64,000 nt of DNA from Planctomycetota bacterium (lineage in GTDB: Bacteria; Planctomycetota; UBA1135; UBA2386), in NCBI GenBank assembly GCA_046290465.1, contig JBKAGP010000001.1:6432001-6496000 (forward strand), read 5' to 3'. The notes under the pieces are model-generated. The model was not told the origin of the DNA. It ran no database searches and worked only from the letters and a program-made list of their open reading frames with translations. Of this stretch, positions 17,614 to 26,985 are shown one piece after another. The translations under genes and the position numbers were made by a program. How positions within the stretch are numbered: position 1 is the stretch's first letter; every line of letters starts with the position of its first letter.

Positions 17614-19137
17614 TCAGTCCGCTTCGCCGGCCGAGTCGAGCAGGCGCCGCAGCCGCTCGTCGTCCTCGAGCACGGTGACCGTCTTGGTCTGCGACGGCAC
17701 CACGGCACCGGCCGGCAGCCCCTTCGGCTTGCGCACGTTCTTGCGGAACGTGTAGATCACGTCGATGCGCGGCTCGCCGCGCGCCTTGCTGAAGTGCACC
17801 GCCAGCGTCGCGGCGTCGAGCAGGGTCTCGAGGCTGGCGGTCTTGTTCTTCGGCAGCCGCACCACGACGTGCGAACCGGGTCGGCCGCCGCCGACGTGCA
17901 GCCACAGGTCGTTGCCATTGGCGAACCGCATCGTCAGCTCGTCGTTCTGGTTGTTGTTGCGGCCGACGAAGATCGGGTAGCCCTCGGCGGACGCGAACCG
18001 GCGGTAGGGGGCCGCGGCCTCCTTCTTCTTCTGCCCGCTCGGCTTGGTCTGCCTGGTCTGCCTGGTCTGGGGCTTCGGCAGCAGGCCGAGTCCGACCAGC
18101 ACCGCGCGGGCCGCTTCGAGGTCGTCGTCGGACGGCTGCTCGAGCCGCGCCAGCACGTCGTCGAGGCGCTGCAGCTCCGCTTGCCCGTCCTGCAGCCGTT
18201 GCTCGGCCACGGCGCGGCCGTCGCCGAGCCGGCGCGCCTTGTCGTAGAGCTGGTTGGCCTGCTGGGTAACGGGCTTCTTCGGATCAAGCGGGATCGTCAC
18301 CGTGCCGTCACCGTCGAGCGCGGGCACCTCCATGCTGCCGGCGCCGCGCGGCACCTGGTAGGCATCCGCCAGCATCAGGTCGGCGCGCTGCCGCAGTTCG
18401 TCGGCGCGGCCGACGTCGTCGAGCTGGCGCCGCAGTCCCTGCACCTTGTTGCGCACCTTCTTGCGCGCCCGCTGGGCCGCGAGCCGCAGCGTGGTCTCGC
18501 TCTGGGCCTGCTCCTTGTCGAGATCGAGTGCGGTGAAGTGCGCGTCGATCGCGTCGAGCACCGGCGGCGCGAACCGCGGCTCACCGACCTTGCGGTCGCC
18601 GCCACCTGGGGACGGCGGCGGCGGCACGTAGACGTCGCCGCGGCGCAGCGTGCGCACGGCGGTCTCGACGGCCCGCGACATCGTCAGGCAGACGCCGCCC
18701 TGGTCGCACAGCGCCCACAGGCCCCGGGCGCCGAACAGTTCGACGTGGAGCCGCCGCTCGCCGGCAGCCGCGTCGAACACGAACGCGCAGCTACGCTCGT
18801 CGTCGCCAGCGTGGGTCACGTCGCGCAGCACCGCGTTCTGCAGCTCGCGCTGCAACAGGTCCGGGCCAGGCCCACGTGCGCGCGCTTCGCGCCCGAACCG
18901 TCGCTGCGTCGAGCAGATCCGCGCGCGGGTGCCGCCGAGCGCGACGTGCACGAAGACCTTGCGCGCGTCCGGGTCGGTGGGCTGCAGCACCAGCAGCACG
19001 TCCTCGTGCTCGTCGGTGCCGATCAGCGCGACCGCGTCCAGCACGGTCGCAGAGCGCAGCGCAGAGAGCTCGGCCACGGCGTGGCCGAGTTCTCTTGCAG
19101 TCAGCCCGCGCGCGGCGGGGCCAGCAGGCGCGGGCAT
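17614..19137 (-). CDS. rqcH: NFACT/FbpA family ribosome quality-control protein (RqcH-like)
   Basis: IPLDPKKPVTQQANQLYDKARRL, VGRNNNQNDELT, DLWLHV..PGSHVVV and VRKPKGLPAGAV motifs. Confidence 0.85.
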   Translation of the reverse strand: MPAPAGPAARGLTARELGHAVAELSALRSATVLDAVALIGTDEHEDVLLVLQPTDPDARKVFVHVALGGTRARICSTQRRFGREARARGPGPDLLQRELQNAVLRDVTHAGDDERSCAFVFDAAAGERRLHVELFGARGLWALCDQGGVCLTMSRAVETAVRTLRRGDVYVPPPPSPGGGDRKVGEPRFAPPVLDAIDAHFTALDLDKEQAQSETTLRLAAQRARKKVRNKVQGLRRQLDDVGRADELRQRADLMLADAYQVPRGAGSMEVPALDGDGTVTIPLDPKKPVTQQANQLYDKARRLGDGRAVAEQRLQDGQAELQRLDDVLARLEQPSDDDLEAARAVLVGLGLLPKPQTRQTRQTKPSGQKKKEAAAPYRRFASAEGYPIFVGRNNNQNDELTMRFANGNDLWLHVGGGRPGSHVVVRLPKNKTASLETLLDAATLAVHFSKARGEPRIDVIYTFRKNVRKPKGLPAGAVVPSQTKTVTVLEDDERLRRLLDSAGEAD

Positions 19138-19146
19138 GGGCAGGGC

Positions 19147-19614
19147 TTACTTCTTGAGCTCTTCGACCGGATCGTAGATCCAGTTGTACGCCGCGTAGTC
19201 GTACTCGACGATGCCCTCCGGGAAGAACAGCTCGAGCTCACGCGCGGCGGCCTCGGGCGAGTCGCTGCCGTGCACCAGGTTGTAGCTGCGGCTGACGCCG
19301 TAGTCGCCGCGGATCGTGCCGGCCTCGGCGTCCGAGCCGAACGTCGCGCCCATGATCTTGCGGCAGACGGCGATCGCGCCGATGCCCTCGAGCGCCAGCG
19401 CGACGACCGGCGAGCTGGTCATGAACTTGACCAGGCCGGGGTAGAACGGACGCTCCTTGTGCGCTTCGTAGTGCTTCGCGGCCAGCTCGGGCGTGATCTG
19501 CATGAGCTTCATCGCGGCGATCTTGAGGCCCTTCTTCTCGAAGCGGCTGAGGACTTCGCCGACGAGGCCACGCTGGACGGCGTCGGGCTTGAGCAGGATG
19601 AGGGTGCGTTCCAT
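19147..19614 (-). CDS. ndk: Nucleoside diphosphate kinase
   Basis: [20 protein letters not shown]...GTIRGDY...NLVHGSDS. Confidence 0.97.
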   Translation of the reverse strand: MERTLILLKPDAVQRGLVGEVLSRFEKKGLKIAAMKLMQITPELAAKHYEAHKERPFYPGLVKFMTSSPVVALALEGIGAIAVCRKIMGATFGSDAEAGTIRGDYGVSRSYNLVHGSDSPEAAARELELFFPEGIVEYDYAAYNWIYDPVEELKK

Positions 19615-19664
19615 GTCTTGGGTTCGTATTCGGACGGGCCGTTTGTGCTTGAATGAGGGCGAAG

Positions 19665-20348
19665 ATGATAGCGAGCCACGACCCGCGACGACCAGATCTT
19701 TCACGCCGGACCGGCAGCCGGGTGCTGCTGCTCGGGTTGCTGCTGCTCGGGGTGCCTGCGCTGTGCGGCTGCGCGCAGGGCCGCGAGACGACCCTGCTGC
19801 GGTCGCGTCGCGCCCGCGAGATCGGGACGCTGCGCGCCGAGCGCGAGGCGCAGGAGCGCGAACTGGCGGTCTGGGAGGCGACCCGCGAGCAGGCCGTTCG
19901 GCAGACCGACGAGGCCCGGCGCGGTTCGATCCGCACCAGTTCGCTGCTGCGTTCGGCGCGCGCCGAGCTGCTCGACGAGCTCGAGAAGCTGCAGCAGAGC
20001 GAGCGGGACCTGCTGGCGGCCAGGCAGCGCGGCGTCGAGATCGAGAAGGAGCTGCAGCCGCTGCGCAAGCTCGAGCAGACCCTGAAGGAGCAGGACCAGA
20101 AGATCGCCGCGGCGCACGACCGCATCAAGCAGCTGTCCGCCGAGCTCGCCAAGGCGACCGAGCTGGCGGCCAAGCAGGAGGCCCAGCTGGGGCCGAAGCT
20201 GGCCGCGCTGCAGCAGAAGCTCGGCGAGCTGAAGGCGGCCGGGGCGTCGATCGCCGAGGCCGAGGCGCTGGTGGCGGCCGCCGCCAAGGTGCTGGCGCCG
20301 CAGCAGCCGGCGACGAAGCCGGCCAAGAAGCCGGCCAAGAAGGACTGA
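19665..20348 (+). CDS. Coiled-coil lipoprotein of unknown function
   Basis: Hydrophobic stretch with lipobox LCGC, long heptad-rich body and Lys/Pro/Ala tail; start position uncertain. Confidence 0.6.
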   Translation: MIASHDPRRPDLSRRTGSRVLLLGLLLLGVPALCGCAQGRETTLLRSRRAREIGTLRAEREAQERELAVWEATREQAVRQTDEARRGSIRTSSLLRSARAELLDELEKLQQSERDLLAARQRGVEIEKELQPLRKLEQTLKEQDQKIAAAHDRIKQLSAELAKATELAAKQEAQLGPKLAALQQKLGELKAAGASIAEAEALVAAAAKVLAPQQPATKPAKKPAKKD

Positions 20349-20354
20349 CGACCG

Positions 20355-21767
20355 CTACTGCCAGTCGTGGTGGAACCACTCGCCGGCCGGCTTGTCGGTG
20401 CGCTCGAACGTGTGCGCGCCGAACAGGTCGCGCTGCGCCTGCGTCAGGTTCTGCGGCAGCGACGCGCGCCGGTAGCTGTCGAAGTAGCTGAGGCTCGCGG
20501 CCATCGCCAGCACCGGGATACCGCGCTCGGCGGCCAGCGCGACGACCTTGCGCCAGGCGCCCTGGTGCTCCTGCAGGAAACCGCCGAGGCCGTCGTCGAG
20601 CAGCAGGTTGGGCAGCTTGCCCTCCTTTGCGTAGGCCTCCTGGATGCTCTTCAGGAAGCGTGCGCGGATGATGCAGCCGCCCTTCCAGATGCGCGCGACC
20701 TCGCCGAGGTTGACGCCCCAGTCCTTGTCGGCGTTGGCGGTCGCGATCAGATCCAGGCCCTGCGCGTAGCTGCAGATCTTGCTGCAGTAGAGGGCATCGC
20801 GGATCGCGTCGAGCATGTCGCCGTCGACGTCGCCGGATGCGTCCGGACCGCGCAGCTTGCTGCTGGCGTGCACGCGCTGCGCCTTCATCGCGCTGAGGTA
20901 GCGAGCCTCGACCGCGGCCTGCATCGTCGGCACCGGGATGCCGTAGCGCAGCGCGATCTCGCTGGTCCACTTGCCGGTGCCCTTCTGGCCGGCCTGGTCG
21001 AGGATCACCTCGACCATCGGCTGGTTGGTCTCCGGGTCCTCGGCGCGCAGGATGCGCTCGGTGATCTCGATCAGGAACGACTCGAGGAAGCCGCGGTTCC
21101 ACTCGGCGAACGTGTCGGCCATCTGCGCGTGGCTCATGCCCAGCACGTTCTTCATCAGGTCGAAGCACTCGGCGATCAGCTGCATGTCGCCGTACTCGAT
21201 GCCGTTGTGCACCATCTTGACGAAGTGCCCGGCCGAGCCCTTGCCGACGTGCGTGACGCAGGCGCCGTCGTCGACCTGGGCGGCGCACTTCTGCAGGATC
21301 GGCGCCAGCTCGTCGTAGGCGCTCTGCTCGCCGCCCGGCATCATGCTCGGGCCGTTGAGCGCGCCCTCCTCGCCGCCGGACACGCCCATGCCGACGAAGC
21401 GGAACCCCTTGGCGGCGAGTTCGACCGAGCGCCGTTCGGTGTCGTCGGGGTGGCTGTTGCCGGCGTCGATGATCATGTCGCCCGACTGCAGGTGCGGCAG
21501 GAACTGCTCGATCGTCGCGTCGACCGGGGCGCCGGCCTTGACCAGCAGCAGCACCTTGCGCGGGCGCACCAGCGAGGCGCAGGCTTCTTCGGGCGTCTTG
21601 GCGCCGAACATCTGGTAGCCGTCCTCGCAGCGGGCGAGGGTCGACTCGACGCGATCCTGGGTGCGGTTCCAGACCGTGACCGGAAAGCCGTTACGGGCGA
21701 TGTTGAGGGCGAGGTTCTGGCCCATCACGGCCAGCCCGACGACACAGATCTGGGAGTTGCTTTGCAT
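20355..21767 (-). CDS. gndA: NADP-dependent 6-phosphogluconate dehydrogenase
   Basis: GLAVMGQNLALN, GVSGGEEGA, HFVKMVHNGIEYGDMQ, GQKGTGKWT and QAQRDLFGAHTF motifs. Confidence 0.97.
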   Translation of the reverse strand: MQSNSQICVVGLAVMGQNLALNIARNGFPVTVWNRTQDRVESTLARCEDGYQMFGAKTPEEACASLVRPRKVLLLVKAGAPVDATIEQFLPHLQSGDMIIDAGNSHPDDTERRSVELAAKGFRFVGMGVSGGEEGALNGPSMMPGGEQSAYDELAPILQKCAAQVDDGACVTHVGKGSAGHFVKMVHNGIEYGDMQLIAECFDLMKNVLGMSHAQMADTFAEWNRGFLESFLIEITERILRAEDPETNQPMVEVILDQAGQKGTGKWTSEIALRYGIPVPTMQAAVEARYLSAMKAQRVHASSKLRGPDASGDVDGDMLDAIRDALYCSKICSYAQGLDLIATANADKDWGVNLGEVARIWKGGCIIRARFLKSIQEAYAKEGKLPNLLLDDGLGGFLQEHQGAWRKVVALAAERGIPVLAMAASLSYFDSYRRASLPQNLTQAQRDLFGAHTFERTDKPAGEWFHHDWQ

Positions 21768-21829
21768 GTGCTCTCGTGCGACGCGCGCATGGTAGCGCGG
21801 CCGTGCACGCAATCACACGAGAGCTGCGG

Positions 21830-22831
21830 CTACTTGCGGTCGGCGACGAAGCGCGCCCACCGGGTGTGGTCGCGGCCCGGGTCCTCGCCGACCAGCTTGC
21901 GCAGCGCGCGGCGGTAGGCCTTCCGCACGAAGCGCACCTGCTGCACGTTGACGGTGGTGGCGTCGAGCACGGCGCCGTCCTGGATCACGTCGACCTTCGG
22001 ATCGGCGATGAACGCGGCCGAGGCGACCTCGACGTCCATGTCGGGCACGTAGCTGGTCTGGCGCAGCAGCGCGACGTGGCCGCGGGTGTTCTGGATCGGC
22101 GGGGCGGCGAGGCCGGTCGCGGCCTTCGGCGCGGCTGCGACCAGCAGCTCGACGGCGGCCGGATGGCCGAGTTCGCCGAACAGCTCGGCGGTGCGCGCGC
22201 GCACCACGTGCGAACGGCTGCGCAGGCCCTGGCCGAGGTAGCGCATGTCGGGGCCGCGGATGCCGGACCGCACGACGTCGGTGACGCGGCTGCGCACCAG
22301 GCGGCTGCGGTCGTGCAGCAGCGCGCGCAGCACCAGCGTGCGGTCGCCAGGCTCGCCGCGCCGCAGCAGCGCCTGCAGCGCCAGCATCCGGCGGGCGATG
22401 TTGGCGTTGGTGCGGGCTTCGCCGCGCAGCACGTGGGTCGCGTCCGGCTCGCGCGCCAGCAGTTCGACCAGCGCCGCGTGCCTGCCCATCGACAGGTGCG
22501 TGCGCGCGTGCCGCAGCAGCGCCGTGACGCGTTGCCCGGTGGCGGCCTGGTGGAGGTCGTCCTTCAGGAAGAACGGCTCGAGCCTGGCCAGGAAGTCGCC
22601 GACCGCGCGGATCTGCTGCGGCACGCCTTCGCGGTGCGGCTGGCGCCGGATCGCGGCCTCCAGGTGCTTCCACATCGCCGTCGAACGCCGCTGCGTGAAC
22701 GCCTGCCTGGCCTTCTCCAGGTGGTAGGTGGGGCGCGACAGTCGATCGCGCGAGGGTGCGCAGTCGTCGTGCTGGGCGAGTGCTGCCGGGGCGGCAGCGA
22801 GGACGAACGTCAGGAGCCGTCGGAGTCGCAT
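21830..22831 (-). CDS. Secreted HEAT-repeat protein (paralog A)
   Basis: Signal peptide ending ALA-Q; HEAT-like repeats (VVRARTAELFGELGHPAAVELL); paralogous to 23028..24248. Confidence 0.72.
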   Translation of the reverse strand: MRLRRLLTFVLAAAPAALAQHDDCAPSRDRLSRPTYHLEKARQAFTQRRSTAMWKHLEAAIRRQPHREGVPQQIRAVGDFLARLEPFFLKDDLHQAATGQRVTALLRHARTHLSMGRHAALVELLAREPDATHVLRGEARTNANIARRMLALQALLRRGEPGDRTLVLRALLHDRSRLVRSRVTDVVRSGIRGPDMRYLGQGLRSRSHVVRARTAELFGELGHPAAVELLVAAAPKAATGLAAPPIQNTRGHVALLRQTSYVPDMDVEVASAAFIADPKVDVIQDGAVLDATTVNVQQVRFVRKAYRRALRKLVGEDPGRDHTRWARFVADRK

Positions 22832-22944
22832 CGTGCTCGGGGTCGGGACACAACGGTGGCGCGACGCGCCGGGGGTGCGCGCGGCCGGAAGCAGGGGGTG
22901 GCCGGAAGGTGGGGCGAGCCCGCAGGCAGCGCCCCCCGGCGCTC

Positions 22945-23031
22945 CTAGGAGCGCGTCCATGTAGTGGACGCGCTGCCGACCGTGATCGCGGAAGCGGCGT
23001 GTACGCGTGCGGACGGGGCTTTGCCCCCTAG
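22945..23031 (-). repeat. 83-bp CTAG-bounded palindromic dispersed repeat (REP/MITE-like), copy 1
   Basis: Reverse complement matches 63872..63958 with 4 substitutions; contains stem AGCGCGTCCA-5nt-TGGACGCGCT and hairpin GGGGC-AAA-GCCCC. Confidence 0.9.
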
Positions 23032-24248
23032 CGCTTGCCGGTCGTGACCGGCTTCGACGGGTCGGGCAGGCTCTCGGCCCACGACGACCAGCGGCGCGGG
23101 TCGACGCCCGGGTCGCGGCCGCTCAGCAGCTTGAGCGCATCGCGGTAGGCGTAGACGATGCGGCGGATCTCGGTGACGCCGACGACGGTCGCGTCGAGCA
23201 CGGCGCCGCTCTGCAGCACGTCGACCTTCGGGTCGGCGATGAACGACGCCTGCGCGACCTCGACGTCGAAGTCGCGGATGTAGGCCTGCTGCTTGAGGAA
23301 GGCGATGTGGCCGCGGCTGGCGCCGGTGTCGTTGGCGGCGCGGCGCAGGCCGGTGGCGGCGTGCGGGCCGGCCTTGACCAGCAGATCGATCGCCGCCGCG
23401 TGGCCGAGCTGGCCCATCGCCTCGGCGGTGCGCACGCGCACCTTGGCGTTGGAGTGGCCGAGGCCGCCGGCCATGTAGGTGACGGCGTCGGCGGTGATCG
23501 CCGGCTTGCCGATCTCGGCGGCGGCAGCGCGCACCTTCTTGTTGCGGTCGAGCACCGTCGTGCGCAGCACGAACAGGTCGTTGCCGTTGGTCTTGCGGCG
23601 CTGCAGCGCCGACAGCGCCGCGATCCGCTGGCGGAAGTTGCCGTTGCGGCGCGCGTGCGTGCGCAGCAGCTGGTCGGCGTTGGGTTCGCGCACCATCAGC
23701 TCCTCGATCGCGGCGAGCTTGCCGGGCTTGGTGGCGGCGTGGCACATGTTCAGCATCGACTTGATGCGCTTCGAAGCCGGCGCCTGGCGCACCGAGCGCG
23801 GCAGCAGTTCGGGTTCGAGCTGGGCCAGGAAGTCGCGCAGGCGGCGTTCGACCGCGGTCGGCTGGCAGGTCTTCTCGTTGGCGGGCAGCGCCGCGATCGC
23901 CTTGTCGAGATGCCGCCACATCTCCGGCTCGAGGCCGTAGTCGCGCGCGATCTGCGCGAGGTTGAGGTGGGCGAAGGCGCTGTCGCCGCTGGCCTTGGCC
24001 TTCTCCTTGAGGGCGGTCTGCAGGTCCCGCTGGTCGCGCAGGCGTTCGACGTCCTTCTCGGCGACGGTGACGGTGCCGTCGTGCGTCTCGACCTGCCAGG
24101 TCTCGCCGCGCAGCCGCGCCTCGCCGACCAGCACGCGTCCGTCCTTCAGCCGCAGCTCCTTGATCCCCTGGGCCGCGGTAGGGACCGCCAGCGCCAGTGC
24201 GGCGCCGAGCGTCAGCAGGCGAACGGAAACGGAAAGGCGTGGTGCCAT
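23028..24248 (-). CDS. Secreted HEAT-repeat protein (paralog B)
   Basis: Signal peptide ending TAA-Q; ELRLKDGRVLVGE small N-terminal domain; HEAT repeats (VRVRTAEAMGQLGHAAAIDLL). Confidence 0.75.
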   Translation of the reverse strand: MAPRLSVSVRLLTLGAALALAVPTAAQGIKELRLKDGRVLVGEARLRGETWQVETHDGTVTVAEKDVERLRDQRDLQTALKEKAKASGDSAFAHLNLAQIARDYGLEPEMWRHLDKAIAALPANEKTCQPTAVERRLRDFLAQLEPELLPRSVRQAPASKRIKSMLNMCHAATKPGKLAAIEELMVREPNADQLLRTHARRNGNFRQRIAALSALQRRKTNGNDLFVLRTTVLDRNKKVRAAAAEIGKPAITADAVTYMAGGLGHSNAKVRVRTAEAMGQLGHAAAIDLLVKAGPHAATGLRRAANDTGASRGHIAFLKQQAYIRDFDVEVAQASFIADPKVDVLQSGAVLDATVVGVTEIRRIVYAYRDALKLLSGRDPGVDPRRWSSWAESLPDPSKPVTTGKR

Positions 24249-24321
24249 GGGTCGAGCTCTCGTGGTCGCGGACGTTCGATGTGGGGGCGAGGGGCGGCTC
24301 CCGGTATGCTGGCGTTCGAGC

Positions 24322-25266
24322 ATGAACCGTACCACCGCGAGTGTCCTGTTGTGCCTCACGTCCCTGATCGGGACCGCGGCCGCGCAGCAGCCGGCGCCGT
24401 CGTCCGCCAAGAAGTCGCAAGACACTCCTGTGTCGCGACTTGTGGCGTCCATGGCGAAGGCCGAGCGGGTCCTGACGAGCCTCTCGATGACGATGAGGAC
24501 GAGCGGCAGGCTGCCGGGTGGACCGCCGGTGACCACGCGCGGCGAACTGCGTGTCCTGCGTGGGACACAGCCGAACGAACCGGTGCGGCGCTTCAGCCGC
24601 GTCGAGTATGCGTTCGGCGAAGGGCTGCGCGGACGGCTCGAGTCGGCCGAGACTGCCGAGGGCATCCTGCTGTTCGAGGAGGATCCGGCGTTCGGCGCGG
24701 TGTTCCTGCGCATCGAGCCGGCGATCGTCAAGGACCTGGAATGGGCCGGCACGGTGCTCGATCGCAGCGACCTGCCGGGCATGCTCGACGCGCGGGCGCG
24801 GGCGCCGCTCGGCAGTGGCTTGCTCGCGGACATGACCCGCACGTTCGACCTGAAGGTCGACGAGCGCACCCGGAACGGCGAGCACGAGGGCACCTGGGTC
24901 GTCGGCACCCGCAAGGCCGGCCTCGACGACCAGGACCCGGACCTGCCGCTCTTCGACGCCGTCGAGGTGTTCGTGCGCGGCAAGGATCAGGCGCTGCTGC
25001 TGGCGCGCTACAAGGTCGGCGACGAGGTCGTGCAGCAGATCGAGGTCGAACGGCTCGAGGTCGGCGTTCGGCTCGACGCCGACGCGTTCGTCGTCGACGG
25101 CCACGGCGTTCGCATCCGCAACGTGCAGGACTACGCCCCGATGTGGGAGCAGATCGAACAGGCGGTCCAGCGCGCCGAGGAGAAGGGCGCCGAACAGGGC
25201 ATCCTGCGCCCGAGCCGCCGCGACCAGCCCAAGAAGAACGACCAGAAACCAGGCGACGGCAAGTAA
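24322..25266 (+). CDS. Secreted protein, possibly LolA/outer-membrane-lipoprotein-carrier-like fold
   Basis: Signal peptide ending AAA-QQ; beta-rich body ending in a LDADAF motif reminiscent of the LolA superfamily. The fold call is weak. Confidence 0.5.
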   Translation: MNRTTASVLLCLTSLIGTAAAQQPAPSSAKKSQDTPVSRLVASMAKAERVLTSLSMTMRTSGRLPGGPPVTTRGELRVLRGTQPNEPVRRFSRVEYAFGEGLRGRLESAETAEGILLFEEDPAFGAVFLRIEPAIVKDLEWAGTVLDRSDLPGMLDARARAPLGSGLLADMTRTFDLKVDERTRNGEHEGTWVVGTRKAGLDDQDPDLPLFDAVEVFVRGKDQALLLARYKVGDEVVQQIEVERLEVGVRLDADAFVVDGHGVRIRNVQDYAPMWEQIEQAVQRAEEKGAEQGILRPSRRDQPKKNDQKPGDGK

Positions 25267-25272
25267 CCGCCG

Positions 25273-25322
25273 GTTCGCAAGTCTGGTTCCGTTCGCGAGT
25301 CTGGTTCCGTTCGCAAGTCTGG
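25273..25322. repeat. 18-bp tandem repeat (GTTCGCRAGTCTGGTTCC, about 2.8 copies) between convergent genes
   Basis: Read directly from the sequence. Confidence 0.88.
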
Positions 25323-25323
25323 G

Positions 25324-26913
25324 TCAGTCGCCGAGGTCTTCTTCGCTGGGTGGGGTCTCGAGGAGTTCGAGGCCCTGGTAGCGCGACCTGGCGTAGTCGA
25401 TCTCGAAGTCGGAGTTGAACAGGGCGACGAAGCGGTCGGCCTCGTCCTTGACGACCATCGGCAGGATTTCGAGCACCTCGTCGGTGACGTCCTTGACCCA
25501 GCGGGCGCGGGTCCAGCCCTTGCGGTCCAGCCGCAGCGATACGCCGTATTCGACCTCCAGACGGGTCTGGAACACCTCCAGCTGCAGCTCGCCGACCGCG
25601 CCGAGTACCGGCTCGCGCGCGCCGAAGCGCGGCCAGAAGATCTGCACGACGCCCTCTTCGCCCAGCTGCGTCAGGCCCTTGGTGAAGCCCTTGGCCATCG
25701 ACGGTTCGCGCGGTGCGACCTGCGCGAAGATCTCCGGCGCGAACCGCGGGAAGTTGCGCACCTCGAACGTGCGGCCGCTGCTGAGCGCGTCGCCGACACG
25801 GAACATGCCGGGGTTGATCAAGCCGATCACGTCGCCGGGGTAGGCCTCGTCGATGGAAACGCGCTCCTGACCGAAGAACCGGTGCGGGTGCGACAGCCGC
25901 ACCTCGCGGCCCATGCGCAGATGCTTGGCCGACATGCCGCGTTCGAAACGGCCCGACGTCACCCGCAGGAACGCGATGCGGTCGCGGTGCATCTTGTCCA
26001 TGTTGGCCGCGACCTTGTAGACGAAGCCCGAGAAGAAGTTCTCGTTCGGCTGGATCACGCCGTCGAGCGTCGGCAGCGGGCCCGGCTGCGGCGCCATGTC
26101 GATGAAGTGCTTGAGGATCGTCTCGACGCCGAAGTTGACCAGCGCCGAGCAGAAGAACATCGGCGAGATCCGCTGCTGCAAGAACGCCTCGAGCTCGAAC
26201 GGCTCGACGCACTCCTCGACCATCATCAGGTCCTCGACCAGCTGGTCGTGGGCGCGGTCCCCGAGCTCGTCACGCAGCTTCTGGTCGTCCGGGCCGGTGG
26301 TCTGCACGGCCGCGCGCGTGGCGTTGTGCGCGGTCTTCTCGAACAGCAGCACCTCCTTGTCGCGCAGCGAGTAGACGCCGCGGAAGCTGTCGCCCGAGCC
26401 GATCGGCCACGACGCGGGCGTGATCGTGATGCCGAGCGTCTTCTCGACCTCGTCCATCAGGTCGAGCGGCGCGCGTGCCGGCCGGTCCATCTTGTTGACG
26501 ACCGTCACGATCGGGATGCCGCGGTCCTTGCAGACCTTGAACAGCTTGATCGTCTGCGGCTCGACGCCCTTGGCGCCGTCGATCAGCATCAGCGCCGCGT
26601 CTGCGGCCACCAGCGTGCGGTAGGTGTCCTCGGAGAAGTCCTGGTGGCCCGGCGTGTCGAGCAGGTTGACGCAGAAGCCCTCGTACTCGAACTGCAGCGC
26701 CGACGACGAGATCGAGATGCCGCGCTTCTTCTCGATGTCCATCCAGTCCGACGTCGCGGCCTGGCCGCCGCGCCGCGCCTTGACGGAGCCTGCCTCGCGG
26801 ATCGCGCCGCCGTACAGCAGCAGCTTCTCGGTCAGCGTGGTCTTGCCGGCGTCCGGGTGCGAGATGATCGCGAACGTGCGGCGGCGCTGGATTTCGTGGT
26901 CGAGGTCGGGCAT
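25324..26913 (-). CDS. prfC: Peptide chain release factor 3
   Basis: RRRTFAIISHPDAGKTTLTEKLLLYGGAI, SDWMDIEKKRGIS, LLDTPGHQDFSEDTYR and HRDRIAFLR motifs. Confidence 0.97.
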   Translation of the reverse strand: MPDLDHEIQRRRTFAIISHPDAGKTTLTEKLLLYGGAIREAGSVKARRGGQAATSDWMDIEKKRGISISSSALQFEYEGFCVNLLDTPGHQDFSEDTYRTLVAADAALMLIDGAKGVEPQTIKLFKVCKDRGIPIVTVVNKMDRPARAPLDLMDEVEKTLGITITPASWPIGSGDSFRGVYSLRDKEVLLFEKTAHNATRAAVQTTGPDDQKLRDELGDRAHDQLVEDLMMVEECVEPFELEAFLQQRISPMFFCSALVNFGVETILKHFIDMAPQPGPLPTLDGVIQPNENFFSGFVYKVAANMDKMHRDRIAFLRVTSGRFERGMSAKHLRMGREVRLSHPHRFFGQERVSIDEAYPGDVIGLINPGMFRVGDALSSGRTFEVRNFPRFAPEIFAQVAPREPSMAKGFTKGLTQLGEEGVVQIFWPRFGAREPVLGAVGELQLEVFQTRLEVEYGVSLRLDRKGWTRARWVKDVTDEVLEILPMVVKDEADRFVALFNSDFEIDYARSRYQGLELLETPPSEEDLGD

Positions 26914-26985
26914 TCGGGGCGAAGATCGTAGCGATCCCGCCCCGCGCGTGCACCCGGGACGTTCGCCGAACCTCGCGAACGGCCG

